64,000 bases of DNA. It comes from Mytilus edulis. Its lineage: Eukaryota. Location: the NCBI RefSeq assembly GCF_963676685.1, contig NC_092353.1:20398001-20462000 (forward strand), given 5' to 3'. Both the position numbers and the translations under genes were made by a program. Of the stretch, positions 31,501 to 44,998 are shown one piece after another. How positions within the stretch are numbered: position 1 is the stretch's first letter; every line of letters begins with the position of its first letter. The notes under the pieces were generated by a model. That model worked only from the letters and a program-made list of their open reading frames with translations. It was not told where the DNA came from and did no database searches.

Positions 31501-34500
31501 TACAGTAGCTTCACTAGTTGTTGTGTCTGTCATCGGAGTATCATCTGTTGTAAAGCCAATCGTCCGAGTGTCAAATATGGACGTAGGCGTTATTGAGCTA
31601 GATATGGTTTCTGTCGTTTGACTTGGTTTATCATTATTAATCGGAGAGACCGAAGTTTGATCAGCTGTGGTCTTTAGCAGGGTTGCTGCTGCTGTAAAAA
31701 ATGTTTCGTCAGATGTTGGTTCATGAGTCTCAGAAAGAGTAGTTGTATCTTCTGTGTTTGTCAAATGTTTATCGGTAATACTACCAACAATCTTAGTGGT
31801 AATGCCAGCAGTATTAGACATCGAAGTAAGTTGAATGGTATTTAGGTCTGTGTCAATAGCTTCACTAGTTGTTGTATCTGTCGCCGTAGTATCTTCTGTT
31901 GCAAAGCCGATCGTTTGAGTGTCAGATATGGACGTAGACGTTTTTGTTGGCGTTTCGTGTCTAGCTGAGGGTTCCATCGTTTTTGTCCATTTGTAATTAG
32001 TAATCGAAGAGACCGTAGATTGATCAGTGGTTGTCTCTAGCAAGTTTGTGGCTGCTGTGTGAGTGGTTTCGTCAGGTGGTGGTCCACGAGTCTCAGAGAC
32101 AAAAGATGTACTTTCTGTGTTTGTGAACTGTATTTCTGCGGTTGTACTAATAGTCTTGGTAGAAGTGCCAATATTAAGAGACATATGTTTAATAGTTGTA
32201 ACAGTATTTTCATCAGTTGTTGCGTCTGTCAAAGTCGTATCATTTATGCTAGTCCCAATAGTCTCAGTGTCAGAAATGGATGCCGGTGTTTTCACTGTAT
32301 TTACTGTGCTCGCTATAGTATCCAACGTTTTCGTCGTGTTGTCATTGGTAATCGGAGAATTCGAAACTTGATCAGAAGTTATTTCTAGCAAGGTTATTGC
32401 TGCTGTGTGAGTGTTTTTGTCAAATGTTGGTCCTTGAGTCGCAGAGACAGTTGTACCTTTAACCTTTGTCAACGGAGTAGTTATAGTGTTTGTGGTAGTG
32501 TCAACAGCATAAGATATAGAGGTAAGTTCGATTGGTTTTGCGGATGTGACAATAGCTTCCCTTATAGTTGTGGCTGTCATAGCTGTTTCATCGGTCGTAG
32601 TGCCAATCGTCAGACTGGAAGAAATGAATGCTGGAGTTTTAATTGGCATTGCTGTGCTAGCTATAGTCTCCGTCATTTCCCTCAGTTTATTATTGGTAGT
32701 CGGAGAGACCAGGGCTTGTTCGATGGTTGTCTCTAGCAAGGTTGTTGCTGCTGTGTGAGTTGTTGCGTCGGATGCTAGTTCGTAAGTCTCAGAGACAGTA
32801 GTTGTACCTTCGGTGTTTATCAATGGGGTTTCTTCGGTAGTACCAATAGTATTTGATATAGAGGAAAGTTTGATGGTTTTTACAGCTGTTACAGAAACTT
32901 CACGAATTGTTGTGTCTGTCATAGTCGTACCATCTGTTCTAGAGCCAATTGGCTGAGTGTTAGAAATGAATGCAGGTGTTTTCGTTTGGGTTTTTGAGCC
33001 AACCACAGTTTCTGTCGTCTCCGTTAGTTTTGTATAAGTAGGCGGAGAGTACGAAGCTTGCTGAGCGGTTGTTGTTACGGTGCGAGTTGTTTCGTCAGAT
33101 TTCGACCCATGAGTCTCAAAGAAAGTTGTCCCTTCGGTATTTATCAACGGCTGTTCGGCAGAAATACCAACAATGTGAGTGGTAGTGCCAACATTATACG
33201 ATATAGAAGTATGTTTGATGGTTTCTGCGGCTGTGACAGCATCTTCATCAGGTATTGCGTCTGTCACAGTGCTCCCATCTATTGTAAAGTCAGTTGTTTG
33301 ACTCTCAGAAATGGTTGCTGCTGTTTTTGTTGGCGTTGCTGAGTGAGTTATAGTGTTCGATATTTCCCTCGGTTCATCATAAGTAATCGGAGAACTCGAA
33401 GCTTGATCAGCGGTAGTCTCCATTAATGATATTGCTGCTGTGTGAGCCGTGTCGTCAAATGGTGATCCATGAGTCTCGGAAACAGTAGTTGTACCGTCGG
33501 TGTCTATCAACCGTTTTTCTGCGGTAGTACCAACAGTGGTAGTTGTAGTGCCAACAATATTTGATGAAGAAGTGGGTTCGATAGTTTTTGCGGCTGTGAC
33601 AGTAGTTTCATTAGTGGTTGTGTCTGTTGCCGTAGTATCATCTGTTGTAAAGCCGATCGCCATACTGTCAGATATGGATGTAGACGTTTGTGTTGGCGTT
33701 TCTGGTCTAGCTATGGTTTCCGTCGTTTCTGTCAATTTGTTATTAGTAATCTGAGAGACCGAAGATTGATCAGCGGTTGTCTCTAGCAAGTTTGCTGCAG
33801 CTCTGTGAGTGGTTTCGTCAGATGGTGATTTATGAGTCTTAGAGACAGTAAATGTACCTTCTGTGTTTGTCAATGGTGTGTCTGCAGTAGTACCAACAGT
33901 CTTAGTGGAAGTGACAGTATTAGAAGATAAAGAGGTAAGTTGGAAGGTTTCTGCGGCTGTAACAGTATCTCCATCAGTTATTGCGGCTGTACCAGTCGTA
34001 TCATTTGTTTTAGTACCTATAGTCTGAGTGTCAGAAATGAATGGCGGTGTACTCCCAGGATTTGTTGTGCTTGCTATTTTTTTCGTTTCATTAGTAATCG
34101 GAGAGTTCGAAGCTTGAGTGGTTGTTTTATATAACGTTGATGCTGATGTGCGAGTTACTTCGTCAGATGTTGACCCATGAGTTTCAAACACAGTTGTACT
34201 TTCGGCTTTTATCAACGGCTGTTGGGCAGAAGTACCAACAGTGTTAGTGGTAGTGCCACCAGTTGTCGATATAGAAGTAAGTTTTATGGTGTCTGCGGAT
34301 GTGACAGTACTAGTATCTTTATCAGTTATTGCGTCTGTAAAAGTACTACCATCTGTTGTAAAACCAATCGTTTGACTCTCAGAAATAAACGCCGGTGTTT
34401 TCGTTTGCGTTGCTGATCTAGCTATAGTGTCTGTCATTTCATTCTGTTCATCATAATTAATCGGAGAGCTCGAAGCTTTAGCAGCAGTTGTCTCTAGCAA

Positions 34501-35405
34501 TGTTGAAGTTGCTGTGTAAGTTGCTTCGTCGAATTTTGGTCCTTGTGTCTCAGAGGCAGTTGTACCTTCTGTGTTTGTCAATTGAATGTAAGCGGTAGTG
34601 CCAGAAGTATTATATATAGATGTAAGTTCAATGGTTTTGGCAGTTGTGACAGGAGCTTCATCAATCGTTAAAAAGCCAATCGTATGACTCTCAGAAATGA
34701 ATGCTGACGTTTTTATTGGGGTTACTGAGCTAACTATAGTGTTTGTAGTTTCCATCAGTCTAATATCAGTAATTAGAGAGACTGAAGCTTGCTCAGCTGT
34801 TGTGTCTAGCAATGTTGTTGCTACTTGAAGATTTGCATCATCAGATGTTCGTCTATGAGTCTCAGATACAGTAGTACCTTCTGTGTTTGTCAATAGAATA
34901 TCATCAGTTTTGTCAATAGTCTTAGTGGTAATGCCAGTAGTACTATATTTAGAAATAAGTTCGATGTTTTCTGTCGCTGCGAAAGCATCTGTATCAATTG
35001 ATGTGTCTGTCACAGTCGTATCATCTGTATTAGAGGCAATCGTCTGAATGTCAGAGAGGGATGTAAATGTTTTTGTTGGCGCCATAGAGCTAGCTATAGT
35101 GTCTGCAAATCCCATTGGTTGGTCATGAGTAATTGGAGAGACCGATGATTTATAAGCGGTTGTCTCTAGCAAAGTTGTTGCTGTTGTAGGAGTTGTTTTG
35201 TAAGATTTTGATCCATGGGTCTCAGAGACAATTGTACTTTTGGTTGTTGTTAACGGTATCCCAGCAGTAGTATCAAACGTGACGATTTTAGCTGCTTCAG
35301 TTGTTGTGGCTATTCGAGAAATTGATGTTAGTGTTTTCATTTGCGTTGTTGAAGTACCAGTATTGAGAAATTTTGTATTGTCTTTTGTTGTAGTGGTAAT
35401 AGGTT
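28514..35405 (-). CDS. Mucin-like gene exon 3: giant Thr/Ser-rich (PTS) exon with two 1-nt frameshifts in the assembly
   Basis: Acceptor ttttcag|AA CCT at 35405 is phase 1, matching exon 2. ORFs 31144-35430, 29298-31100 and 28514-29299 join if the T7 runs at ~31151 and ~29305 are T6. Confidence 0.8.
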
Positions 35406-36837
35406 CTGAAAAAGAGTAAATACACTTCACTATATGCTTCTTTCTTTACTGGTTGATGCTCTAAGTAAAACCTTTTATAAATGGGCTGCAGGCAATAGGC
35501 ACGTTATCTGATTCTATATCATGTAAAAGATGAGAGCTGAGAAAATATTTTAATAGGGCCGAAACTATCTTACGTGACTTTGGAGAACATGTTTCTTGAT
35601 TTACATGAAGACAATTTGCATAATTATTCCTCTCAAGATTAATCAAACTAGATGTAAAAATCGGCATTGATCATACTTTTTGTTTGATTTTCAGCCAAAT
35701 CTGGATCGTACTCGACTGTTAAACGTTCAATTTCAATGTTTTGCGACGTGTTCTTTTACTTGTATATGAATATCTTTAGCCTATACTGTTAAGTCCATTT
35801 TCCCTGAAATTTTTTTGACATGCCTCGGTATTCATATACTAGTATCCAGTCATTTTTGTATTGTGCTATGAACATTTTTTGTACTCTTGTCTTCCATTTT
35901 GGCTGAAGTGATGTGCTATTGGCCATTTTATTGACAGAGTTGTTTGTTTTTATAGTAATTAAATTTTAACACAATAATGACTACTCAGTTTTTGACATTT
36001 CTATCATTTAAGTCTGTTTGTTTTGTTCACACATTGTTGTCAATATATTGCAATTTTAAGCGACTGCCATACAAAAGAGAGGATAAGCTAGCTAGAAAAC
36101 CATGTTCAATCCACCATTTTCTACATAAGAAAATGTATGTGCCAAGTCAAGAATATGACAGTTGTTATCTATTCCTTTAATGTGTTTGAGCTTTTGATTT
36201 TGCCATTTGATAAGCGACTTTCCGACTTGAATTTTCCTTGGAGTTCGGAATTTTTTGTCATATTATTTTTATGTTGCACGATGCTATTTTTACGAAGTGC
36301 TATAGGCAACAACGTTATTGGAATTTCGTCCTAATGCTTTTAGAGACACGGCGTTAATTTTTTTTGCTTTTTGCTATCAAACATACATTGTGCTTTATTT
36401 GTTGTTTTTGAATAAATCATGCCGTTGGTTTTTACTTTCGAATTGTTTCGTATTTTTTTTTTTATCCGATGGCATAGTATTTGTAGGTTAGACATTACTA
36501 TGTCAAACGTTATAATCATTAAATGACAATGATAAAACTTTATCAATAAATATTAAAATTACTAGTCGTTCCGTCATTAGACGCTTAATTATTTTGATAA
36601 ACGTATTGTTTTTATACTATAGCATCATTTCCTTTATAATCATTGTTTCTTAAAAAAAAATTACATTAAATTTTTTGTAAAGTATGAATAAATCAAGGCA
36701 AGAATTATTCCACCTAACCTTTCCCTCCCTTTTCTAAATTCATTACAACAAAAAATCTTTTTGATCATGCACAAAACAGAAATTTTACAAATGTTTTAGA
36801 TAATCAAAGATACCTTTATCTTAAATTGTGTACTTAC

Positions 36838-36931
36838 TATCTTTTACACAAAATGTGTTTCCATCCAGTTTTATTTCACAAATCTCTGCTGACTGGCAGG
36901 GCTTTCTATGACATGGATCCAGTAGCGAGTC
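36838..36931 (-). CDS. Mucin-like gene exon 2: EGF-like module (4 Cys)
   Basis: tttcag|DSLLDPCHRKPCQSAEICEIKLDGNTFCVKD-A|gtaagt; phase 0 to 1. Confidence 0.85.
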
Positions 36932-37160
36932 CTGAAAATATTGAGACGGAATCATGAGATAAAAGTATATAATACCAATGTAACCGCTGGTGTCTTTAAT
37001 GATCTTCACAATGAACAAACAAGGCCAATATTTAATATTGAACAAAAACCAACTGGATAGATAATTATTCCACTTTTAAATGTGTTCTTGCTCATCCTCA
37101 TCCGTAAGATCTTACAATTACAATAATATACACCAATTCATCTTTGAAATTTTGTATTTG

Positions 37161-37202
37161 CGCCAGACGCTCGTTTCATCTACAAAAGGCTCATCAGTAA
37201 CG
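37161..37202 (-). ncRNA. Minimal type I hammerhead ribozyme within a non-LTR retrozyme-like repeat (~37130-37405)
   Basis: Minus strand: CGTTA-CTGATGA-GCCTTTTGTAGAT-GAAAC-GAGC-GTC^TGGCG. Core boxes CUGAUGA, GAAA and GUC are present. Stem I CGUUA/UGGCG; stem II is weakened. Confidence 0.8.
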
Positions 37203-37409
37203 CTCGAATGATTAAAAGTTGAAAAGGCCAAATAAAGTATGAAGTTGAAGAGCATTGAGGATACAAAAAAATCCTTAGAGTGTTGTAGCCAAATACAGTC
37301 AAAGTAATCTATTCCAGAGATAGAAAAGCATACTTATTTTAAAAATTCAAAGTATTGTAAACATTTATTTTAAAATAATGACCATACCGATGATCATATC
37401 AACACTTAA

Positions 37410-37982
37410 GGAGGCTCACGGGTATAAGATGTTCAGAAAAAAATTAAACATTAATTTTTCATTACAAATTTTATTTATTACCTTAAGTAGTTGTTCCCAA
37501 AAATCAATTCGTGTTGACCCCAGGTGACTTTTAAAATGTACATATCATTGAAAAAGCTCTAAATTATCTCCCTTTTGTGCAAAAATGCCATTTTTTGGCA
37601 TTAAAATTGAAATATCTTTTTTTACTCATCGGTTAATACCTATATTTTTTTATTGTTGTTTTCGAATAAGCTGTACATAAACTAAATAATTGTAAAATTT
37701 TAGCGATTTCTGTAATTTAGTTCTTTTTTTATATCGATATTACCGCTATTTCTCCTATTATTTCAACAGAAAAAAAGGACATCAACAAAAATGTATGCTT
37801 CTTTCGAAGGCAGATTGTGAGCGTAAATGAACGGTGACCCCTTTTTTTTTATTTCATTTTTCTATTAAGTATTTTTTTAATTTCATTTTTCTATTAAGTA
37901 TAAGATAAAGTTCATTTATAAAAAAAATATAGAGAAATCCTATATTAAATTAAATAAAATGGATTTAGACCTGCGAGCCCCC
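37410..37982. mobile_element. Non-autonomous DNA transposon with TTAA TSD (Kolobok/piggyBac-type)
   Basis: ttaa|GGAGGCTCACGGGT...ACCTGCGAGCCCCC|ttaa. A second, inverted copy is at 54567-55120. Confidence 0.85.
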
Positions 37983-38691
37983 TTAAACTACTTTTATTAT
38001 AAAATTGGAAAGACGAGAGCAGCAATGCATTAAATATGTGAAAACTTGTACAAATAATTAAGAAAATTTAACATAAAACCTCAAACACCGAAAACATACG
38101 AAAAAAAGCGATCTATGTCAAAAGCGTCTGTTGTATTATAATATGTGTAACTTAAAATTTGTCATAACAGTTGATCAACTATTTAGGTGTGTTTTTTCTT
38201 TTAGAATCAATATACATGATCTAACCTCTACATTTATTTAAGGTATCCTTTCTTTCGTCTCGTTTTTCTCTCTCACTTGCGCTGTGAGGTTACCGAATTA
38301 CTAAAGATTGACTCGTTGCTATATATGCTAAAGCTAAAGACGAATTATTATACGGGAAGACAACAATTCAATCGCATTACATTTCTGAAGAATGTGGTAG
38401 GAGAAAGAATTTTCTTTCAAAAGAAGGTCCATGTACACTTGTTTTATAAAACTTGGTCATATGTTAGTATATAAAACATATGCAACGTTGTTTTTTAATC
38501 TAAAGTCTCATGTGACTTTAAAAAATATATCCATGCTTTAGTTTAGAACTGATTATGACTCTAATTATATTCCTGTCATAACGAATCACGTGCAATGCTC
38601 AAAACTAAACTTTCTTTCAGAATAGTACAATAATTCGAAAAACATAGGTAAAAAAGATATTATTTTCCTTATCATATGAAATTTTACTAAC

Positions 38692-39018
38692 CCCTCTGTA
38701 CTGGTCAATTTCAACATATACATATCCTTTCTGAAAATAGAAATCCTCAGTAGATACTGATTTTGGCTTGTTATTTAGTTCACATGTTAGCACAGCTTTA
38801 TTATAGTTGTACGAGTGGCAATTTGGCCTCCGTATACATTTGTTAAAGCATAACCTCGGTGATATTTTCTCAAATGTTAAATAAATGTATCCTTGCAGCT
38901 TAGAATCAAGCCGATCAGGGTGAATGCGAAAAATGTTTGTTTCAGTTTGACCCGGACTGAACACATTTAAAAAGAACAAAACATATTTAACTATAAACAT
39001 GTTATCACCAAGTGCCAT
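38692..39018 (-). CDS. Mucin-like gene exon 1: signal peptide + PAN/Apple domain
   Basis: Hydrophobic leader MFIVKYVLFFLNVFSPG. PAN pattern CFNKC..RPNCHSYNY....CELN...GYVYVE. Donor GGG|gttagt, phase 0. Confidence 0.87.
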
Positions 39019-41944
39019 CAGTATATATTTCTACGAAAAATTCGTATCGTCTTTGCAAGATTTCTTGCAGATTGTCACTAACGTACCTGTATTATTATAA
39101 TTATGAATAATTAATGAATTTAAATATTAGGTATAAACAAATGAATGAGTTATGTTTGAATCGTCCAATGGGAATCATTTGAAATTGGAATTAGAATTGC
39201 TACTATATAATTATCAATATCATTGCACTACAGTTATGGGAAGGATTTGTTTGCATATTTTGTATTTAAACATAAAAGGATGAGAGGAGAAATACAACAT
39301 TGAGTTTCAAAACACATTTCCTGTTGGTGTTTGTTAGTTAAGATTTTTTTTTAATTAAAAATTGTTTCTCCTTGAAAAAACGCAAGCATCCTCTATCCAA
39401 AACATGAATGATAAAAGGTTAAGCCTATGTTACATTGAATCCTCATGCGTTTCAGTGACTGTGTTGTGTATATGATATATAAAATATATATTTTAAAATG
39501 AAGCACATAAGATATTCAAGGTTTTGTCCACTCTCCTGATAATGATAGAATTATAGTTAATATAAATGACAATGAATGTCGTCATTAAACTTTGCCAAAA
39601 CTCTTTATCATGTGGCACTTTTTGAAACACATAAACATACATACAAATTAGGCCTGTATCGCTGAAATGATCTTTTTGTTTCAAAATTCTGAACTTGGCA
39701 CCTTCTTTTGTGTGGGAAACCTGAGAGATTTTCCAAAACGTTCGATTTATATAATCCGGAAATTCAGCTCCGTGAAATTTTGGTAGAGTTCTTTATGGGT
39801 TACACTAATGACTGGACCGAATGACAGGACCGAATGACAGGACCAAATGAAAAATGCTAATAACTTTTTCATTTCTCAAAGGATTGATCTCAAATTTGAA
39901 ATATAATAAGATTTTATCATTTGATAAACAGATTTAAAAAATAAAATTAAAAAGTTTTGTAAGAAACTTTAGAAAACGTGACATGACCAACTCTGATAAG
40001 GACAGGACCAACATTGAGAAAGACAGGACCAAAAAAAAAATGCTAATAACTTTTTTATTTTTCAAAGGAATTATCTGGTGGAACAGTACAACATAAGAAC
40101 AAACTATAAAAATCAGTTAAAAACGGCAAAATTCATTAGATGGATACAAATAGAATAACATCAAACAGAAACACAAAGTGCACGTGGACGTGGACAGATA
40201 CTTTAATATCCCAAAACCTAAAAGACACTTAGTACAGATCTCTGAGAGTACTCACAGTTACTGACAGCTAGTTCAAAGCCAATACTAACTAATGAAAAAA
40301 AACGTATCTAACACTAAAATATTTATCAGTTCACATCCAACATTCAATGGATTTAGTGATGTCATTAACAGTCGAAGAAAAACATAAATTCTTCGATTCC
40401 AAACTATAAGTATCGACTGATTACTGCACCGTGAAAGTACATAAAATCAATGTTTAAGACAATAAAAACAATATTCATAATGATTAAATTACAGTGTTGA
40501 AAAGGTAATCTTTTAGCATAAGTTTATTTAAAAGACTGACAAATTAAGCAGGATTCTATCTCAATTCACATGCTCGGTTAACAACATCACTATAAAATAT
40601 GAGTTGCTTTTACACGGTGGGTATGGTTGTCCTGCGAGAGAACGTTCTGTGCTGGTGATCAATGAAAACATGTAAACAAAGACGAAAATTGTGATTTTTG
40701 ACGTTTTCACTCATATAAAATGGAAGAAAACAGTTGAGATTTTTCAATTTTGTTTCTTATGGGTTCATATGTAAACCATTAAAAAGTTGACCCTCTAAAC
40801 TGTTTCAGTAAGCGTAACACAAAAACGCTCATTTTCAGAAAATTTTATCATTAAAAAAAAACTTCATAACCATGTTGTGTATTCTATATTCAGATTTATT
40901 CACTGCGAAATGATATTGAAAATTAAGAACATTTTACCTTTTTTTAAATTTTGTTTTTATTAACTTAATTTTAACCTCAGTTGTGTATATTCTTTGATAC
41001 TAACGATGATGTCTTGATATGTATAATATTGTATAATGATTTTTTAAAATAACCAAATCGAAGATGTTCATACAATTTTTGAGTATGTTGCTTACATGCA
41101 TTTCATAATATCTATATGACAGAAGATGGTTTTATCTTACTAACTTTCTCAAAATATTTTGGTGGCCTCAAATTCATATTAGCATCTAATTATCCCGTGC
41201 AAAACTTTACGTGTGTGTACTTACAAAGTATTTTTGTCTAAATAAGTATTTGTCTTAAACATATACATATTGATAATGAAATGAACATAATAATTTTTTT
41301 CCTTTAAATACGTGTCCATAAAAGAGGGTATGATTAAGGGTTTATGGAATACAGAATAACGGGCAAAAATTTCAGAATATAAGACAAAAAAGATTAAAAA
41401 GAAAGAGGATAATGGGGTGCTAAAATATAAAGAATATTTATTAAAGAATACTGGTAATACAAAATAAAAACTAATGATAATTTCCAGACTCTTATGATAA
41501 AAAGAATCTATCAACACAAAACACATAATCATCGTGCATAATCAACACGAAGAACGTTGGAAATTATTAGCATGATAACTTGACGTTATGTAATAAAAAT
41601 GACGACGACGTTAAGATTTTTGATTTTTTTTTTACCAAAATGTTGAGTTTGCGTCGCTTCTACAGGGAAAACGAAGTCGGTGACCATATTATTTTTTAAC
41701 ATCATCTAATTTGTAAGACAAAGAGGAAGAACATATTATTTAAAAAAAAAATCTATGGAGTGGTTCACGTGATTTATTCAGGAAAACGAAAATTGTTGAA
41801 GAAAAATATTGATTTTTTCTATATATTCAATGATAAGTACTTATTGGACCATTTTAAAAATTGATTTTTCTCGAAAACGAAGTCGGTGACATACTTTTTT
41901 TTACATTTTCTGATGTATATTTTCAATATCTTATTTATTCAAAA

Positions 41945-42390
41945 AAGTACCGGGCCACGTCCACTTGTATGTTTGTCCATCTGATGAGTTAAGCCTTTTT
42001 CAACTGATTTTTATAGTTCGTTCTTATGTTGTACTGTTATACCACTGTCCCAGGTTAGGGGAGGGTTGGGATCCCGCTAACATGTTTAACCCTGCCACAT
42101 TATTTATGTATGTGCCTGTCCCAAGTCAGGAGCCTGTAATTCAGTGGTTGTCGTTTGTTTATGTGTTACTTATTCGTTTTTCGTTCGTTTGTTTTTACAT
42201 AAATAAGGCCGTTAGTTTTCTCGTTTGAATTGTTTTACATTGTCTTATCGGGGCCTTTTATAGCTAACTATGCGGTATGGGCTTTGCTCATTGTTGAAGG
42301 CCGTACGGTGACCTATAGTTGTTAATGTCTGTGTCATTTTGGTCTTTTGTTGATAGTTGTCTCATTGGCAATCATACCACATCTTAGCTC
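41945..42390 (+). mobile_element. Abundant interspersed repeat family (fragments also at ~14580-14790, ~19915-19978, ~20290-20385, ~63197-63530)
   Basis: Shared TGTCCCAAGTCAGGAGCCTGTAATTCAGTGG...CTCATTGGCAATCATACCACATCTT. A related family (TTTTGATTTTGCCATTTG) is at ~14150, 36180, 44780 and 60360. Confidence 0.8.
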
Positions 42391-43679
42391 TTAGACCCGA
42401 ACCAGCTGAAAAATAATTAAAATTGAAACAAAAGTTATAAGGAAACGACAGTACATTGAAATTAGTATTATTAAAGCTAAAAAGCTAATAAATGCACCTT
42501 TATTTCTATATCATTCATATATTCAATTTGTATATCTTTAATTTCTTAAATCTATTTTTTTTCTTTTATTATTAACATTCTAAATTCTTTTTATATTATT
42601 ATAGTTCTTTAATGTATCAATATGGTTACTACTCGCTGTCGTTTTTCTTCAGGTGCAATAATTTAGTAAAAATAAGTACATGATATCAAACATGTTGTTT
42701 TAAAAATGAGTTATTAAATTTATTATTTTAGATAGCTGACTGGAGACCATTTAATTTAATGTGAGACCTCTAAATCAATGTTGGAGTTTATAACCTAGAA
42801 TACTAAAACATTTTTTCATAATTTATTTTTTCATAATTTTCTAAGTTAACACTTGAAGCATTTTTAAAATAGTCATACTTTTGATCTGAGTTAACTATTT
42901 GAAACATCATTCCAGTCAGCTAAGAGGTATTTTTGAAAAGTTAATTCTGTTTTGTCTTTATGTTTGTGTATGTGTTGCTTTGTTTGAATGTAATATATTG
43001 TACCTTGCTTTGTGGAGAGGGCTTACATAGGCTATGCTTGTTGCCCAATCCAATTCAATTTATTTGAATAAAATATTGTTTAAACTGAAATACCACATCT
43101 TCTCTTTTATATTTACCTGTTTATTGCTTTTGAATAATGAACATTTTTATTTACAAAGTCGTTGTCTTCAAAATCAAACGATAATGACTTTTATTAATAA
43201 TAGAGGACAGAACTTGAGAACAATCTATTAATATGTAACAATGTTTCACATGGACTTTACAGAGGTATCTTGTTTTAGAGATCTTTCCAGCTCTGCTGTC
43301 AATGTAAAGTTAACATTTTTCTTTTGTCATGTAATTTTTCGCATGATAACATAGCCTAAATTATGTAGGACCAGAAGAACAAAATTTCTGATCTTTAATG
43401 TTAAATTTCTGAAGCAAGTTCTAAAATCATATTGATTTTTCTTTCGAGGATTTTTCTTTTAATAATAAGGGAATATAAAAGGAGAAACATAATATGCATT
43501 GAAATCATCTTTCCATATTTTGTTTCAAATAAATAACTAATGGGTCGTTTTTAAAATCCATCCATAGTTTAGATAGAAATTGAGGAAATATTTTCATCAG
43601 TTAAACTAAATTTTTAATATTCTACTGAACTCACAGTAGTTTATATGAACAAAATCTACAAGTAATTAAAAACCAATTG

Positions 43680-44590
43680 TTCAGAGAACAATTGAAGGTC
43701 TTTCCACCAGTTAATATCTATTTTGATATTAAAATATTAAAATCAGTCTAAAATGTCAGTTCATATGGCTTTATGATGTATAGATATGAATTTAAAGCAA
43801 AGGTCAATATCTAGAACGTCAAATTAACCTATGACCTTGACCTCAATTTGAAGGTCACAAACTGAGGATATCAAATCAAAAGACCCTAGGTCTCTAATAC
43901 GTATGGTTAATAAGTTATATCACTTTACACATAATTTTAGATATGATAGGGGCAAAAACTCCCATTCATTGTCTATGCACCCTTTCAACTAAAATTATTA
44001 AGTTACGACATGTCGCAACTAACAATTTAGTCAAAATAATGCTGATATCTTATACGGTTTCTGGAAATGAGTGGAAATAAGCCTAATTCAAAAATTAGAA
44101 TATGACCTTGACCTTTGACCTTGACCTAATTATTATTTTTTTTGGACCAAGGACCTCAAATCAAAAGATCCTAGGTCTCTATCACTTATGGTTTTCCAGT
44201 TTAAAATACATTTCAAAATTTCAAATACAAAAGGGGAAATAACTCTCATATGGAGCGTTCATATTGCTTGGTCAAAATTGGACAAATCATGCGAAGGATG
44301 TAACGAGCAATTTTATAAAATAAATTTGTCGTAATCTTTTACAGTTGCGAAGGAGTCGTGATCACAAGGAAAACAGTGTTTGGGGAGGTAACTCCTACAA
44401 AGTAAAGTATTCGGTTACGCAGGGTAAATTTCAAAAGCGCATAAATTGTTCGATATCATATACCAAATATCTAAGCGACATATTGCGAAACAAATATTTA
44501 TTGCAAGAACAAAATTAGGCAGAAGAGAAAAAAAAATAATCAGACGAAAAACAATACGTCTTTGCACAGAAAAGTGGAAAGACCTAATTA
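43680..44590. mobile_element. HINE-like repeat with TGACCTTGACCT motifs and 3' stem-loop
   Basis: Internal duplication (43830 vs 44100 region) and terminal GTCTTTGCAC..GTGGAAAGAC hairpin. Boundaries are approximate. Confidence 0.45.
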
Positions 44591-44844
44591 CTGTTACAAA
44601 GTTTTTGTACAGGTAATCACCTGTACAAAATAGTAAAATGTACACGACATAAACATTGCGTCTATGTTTATGACACTTATGGTCGTGCACCAAATGAAAC
44701 CAGTTTTTATCAACCATTTCTACATTAGCCATTAGGAAATAACTATACCACGTCAGGAATAGGACAGTTGTTTTCCAATCGTTTGATGTGTTTGAGATTT
44801 TTATTTGCCATTTGTTGGAATTCCTGTTTTGAAATCTTCCTAGG

Positions 44845-44998
44845 CAGGCGCGGATCCAGCCATTTTAAAAAGGGGGGGGGGGGGGTCCCAACCCAGAGTA
44901 AAGGGGGGGGGTCCAAATATATGCTCCAATTCAAATGCATTGATCGGCCAAAAAAAGGGGGGTTCCAACCCCCGGAACCCCCTCTGGATCCGCCACTG
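44845..44998. mobile_element. MITE with CAG..CTG TIRs, near-5-bp TSD
   Basis: ctagg|CAGGCGCGGATCCAG...CTGGATCCGCCACTG|ttagg. Confidence 0.75.

Noticed and set aside
29208-34416. Numerous plus-strand ORFs (V/S-rich or C/R/F-rich)
   Set aside because: Antisense shadows of the Thr-rich mucin codons.
41981-42010. CTGATGAG as a third hammerhead
   Set aside because: No stem II followed by GAAA and no cleavage triplet; it is part of a common interspersed repeat.
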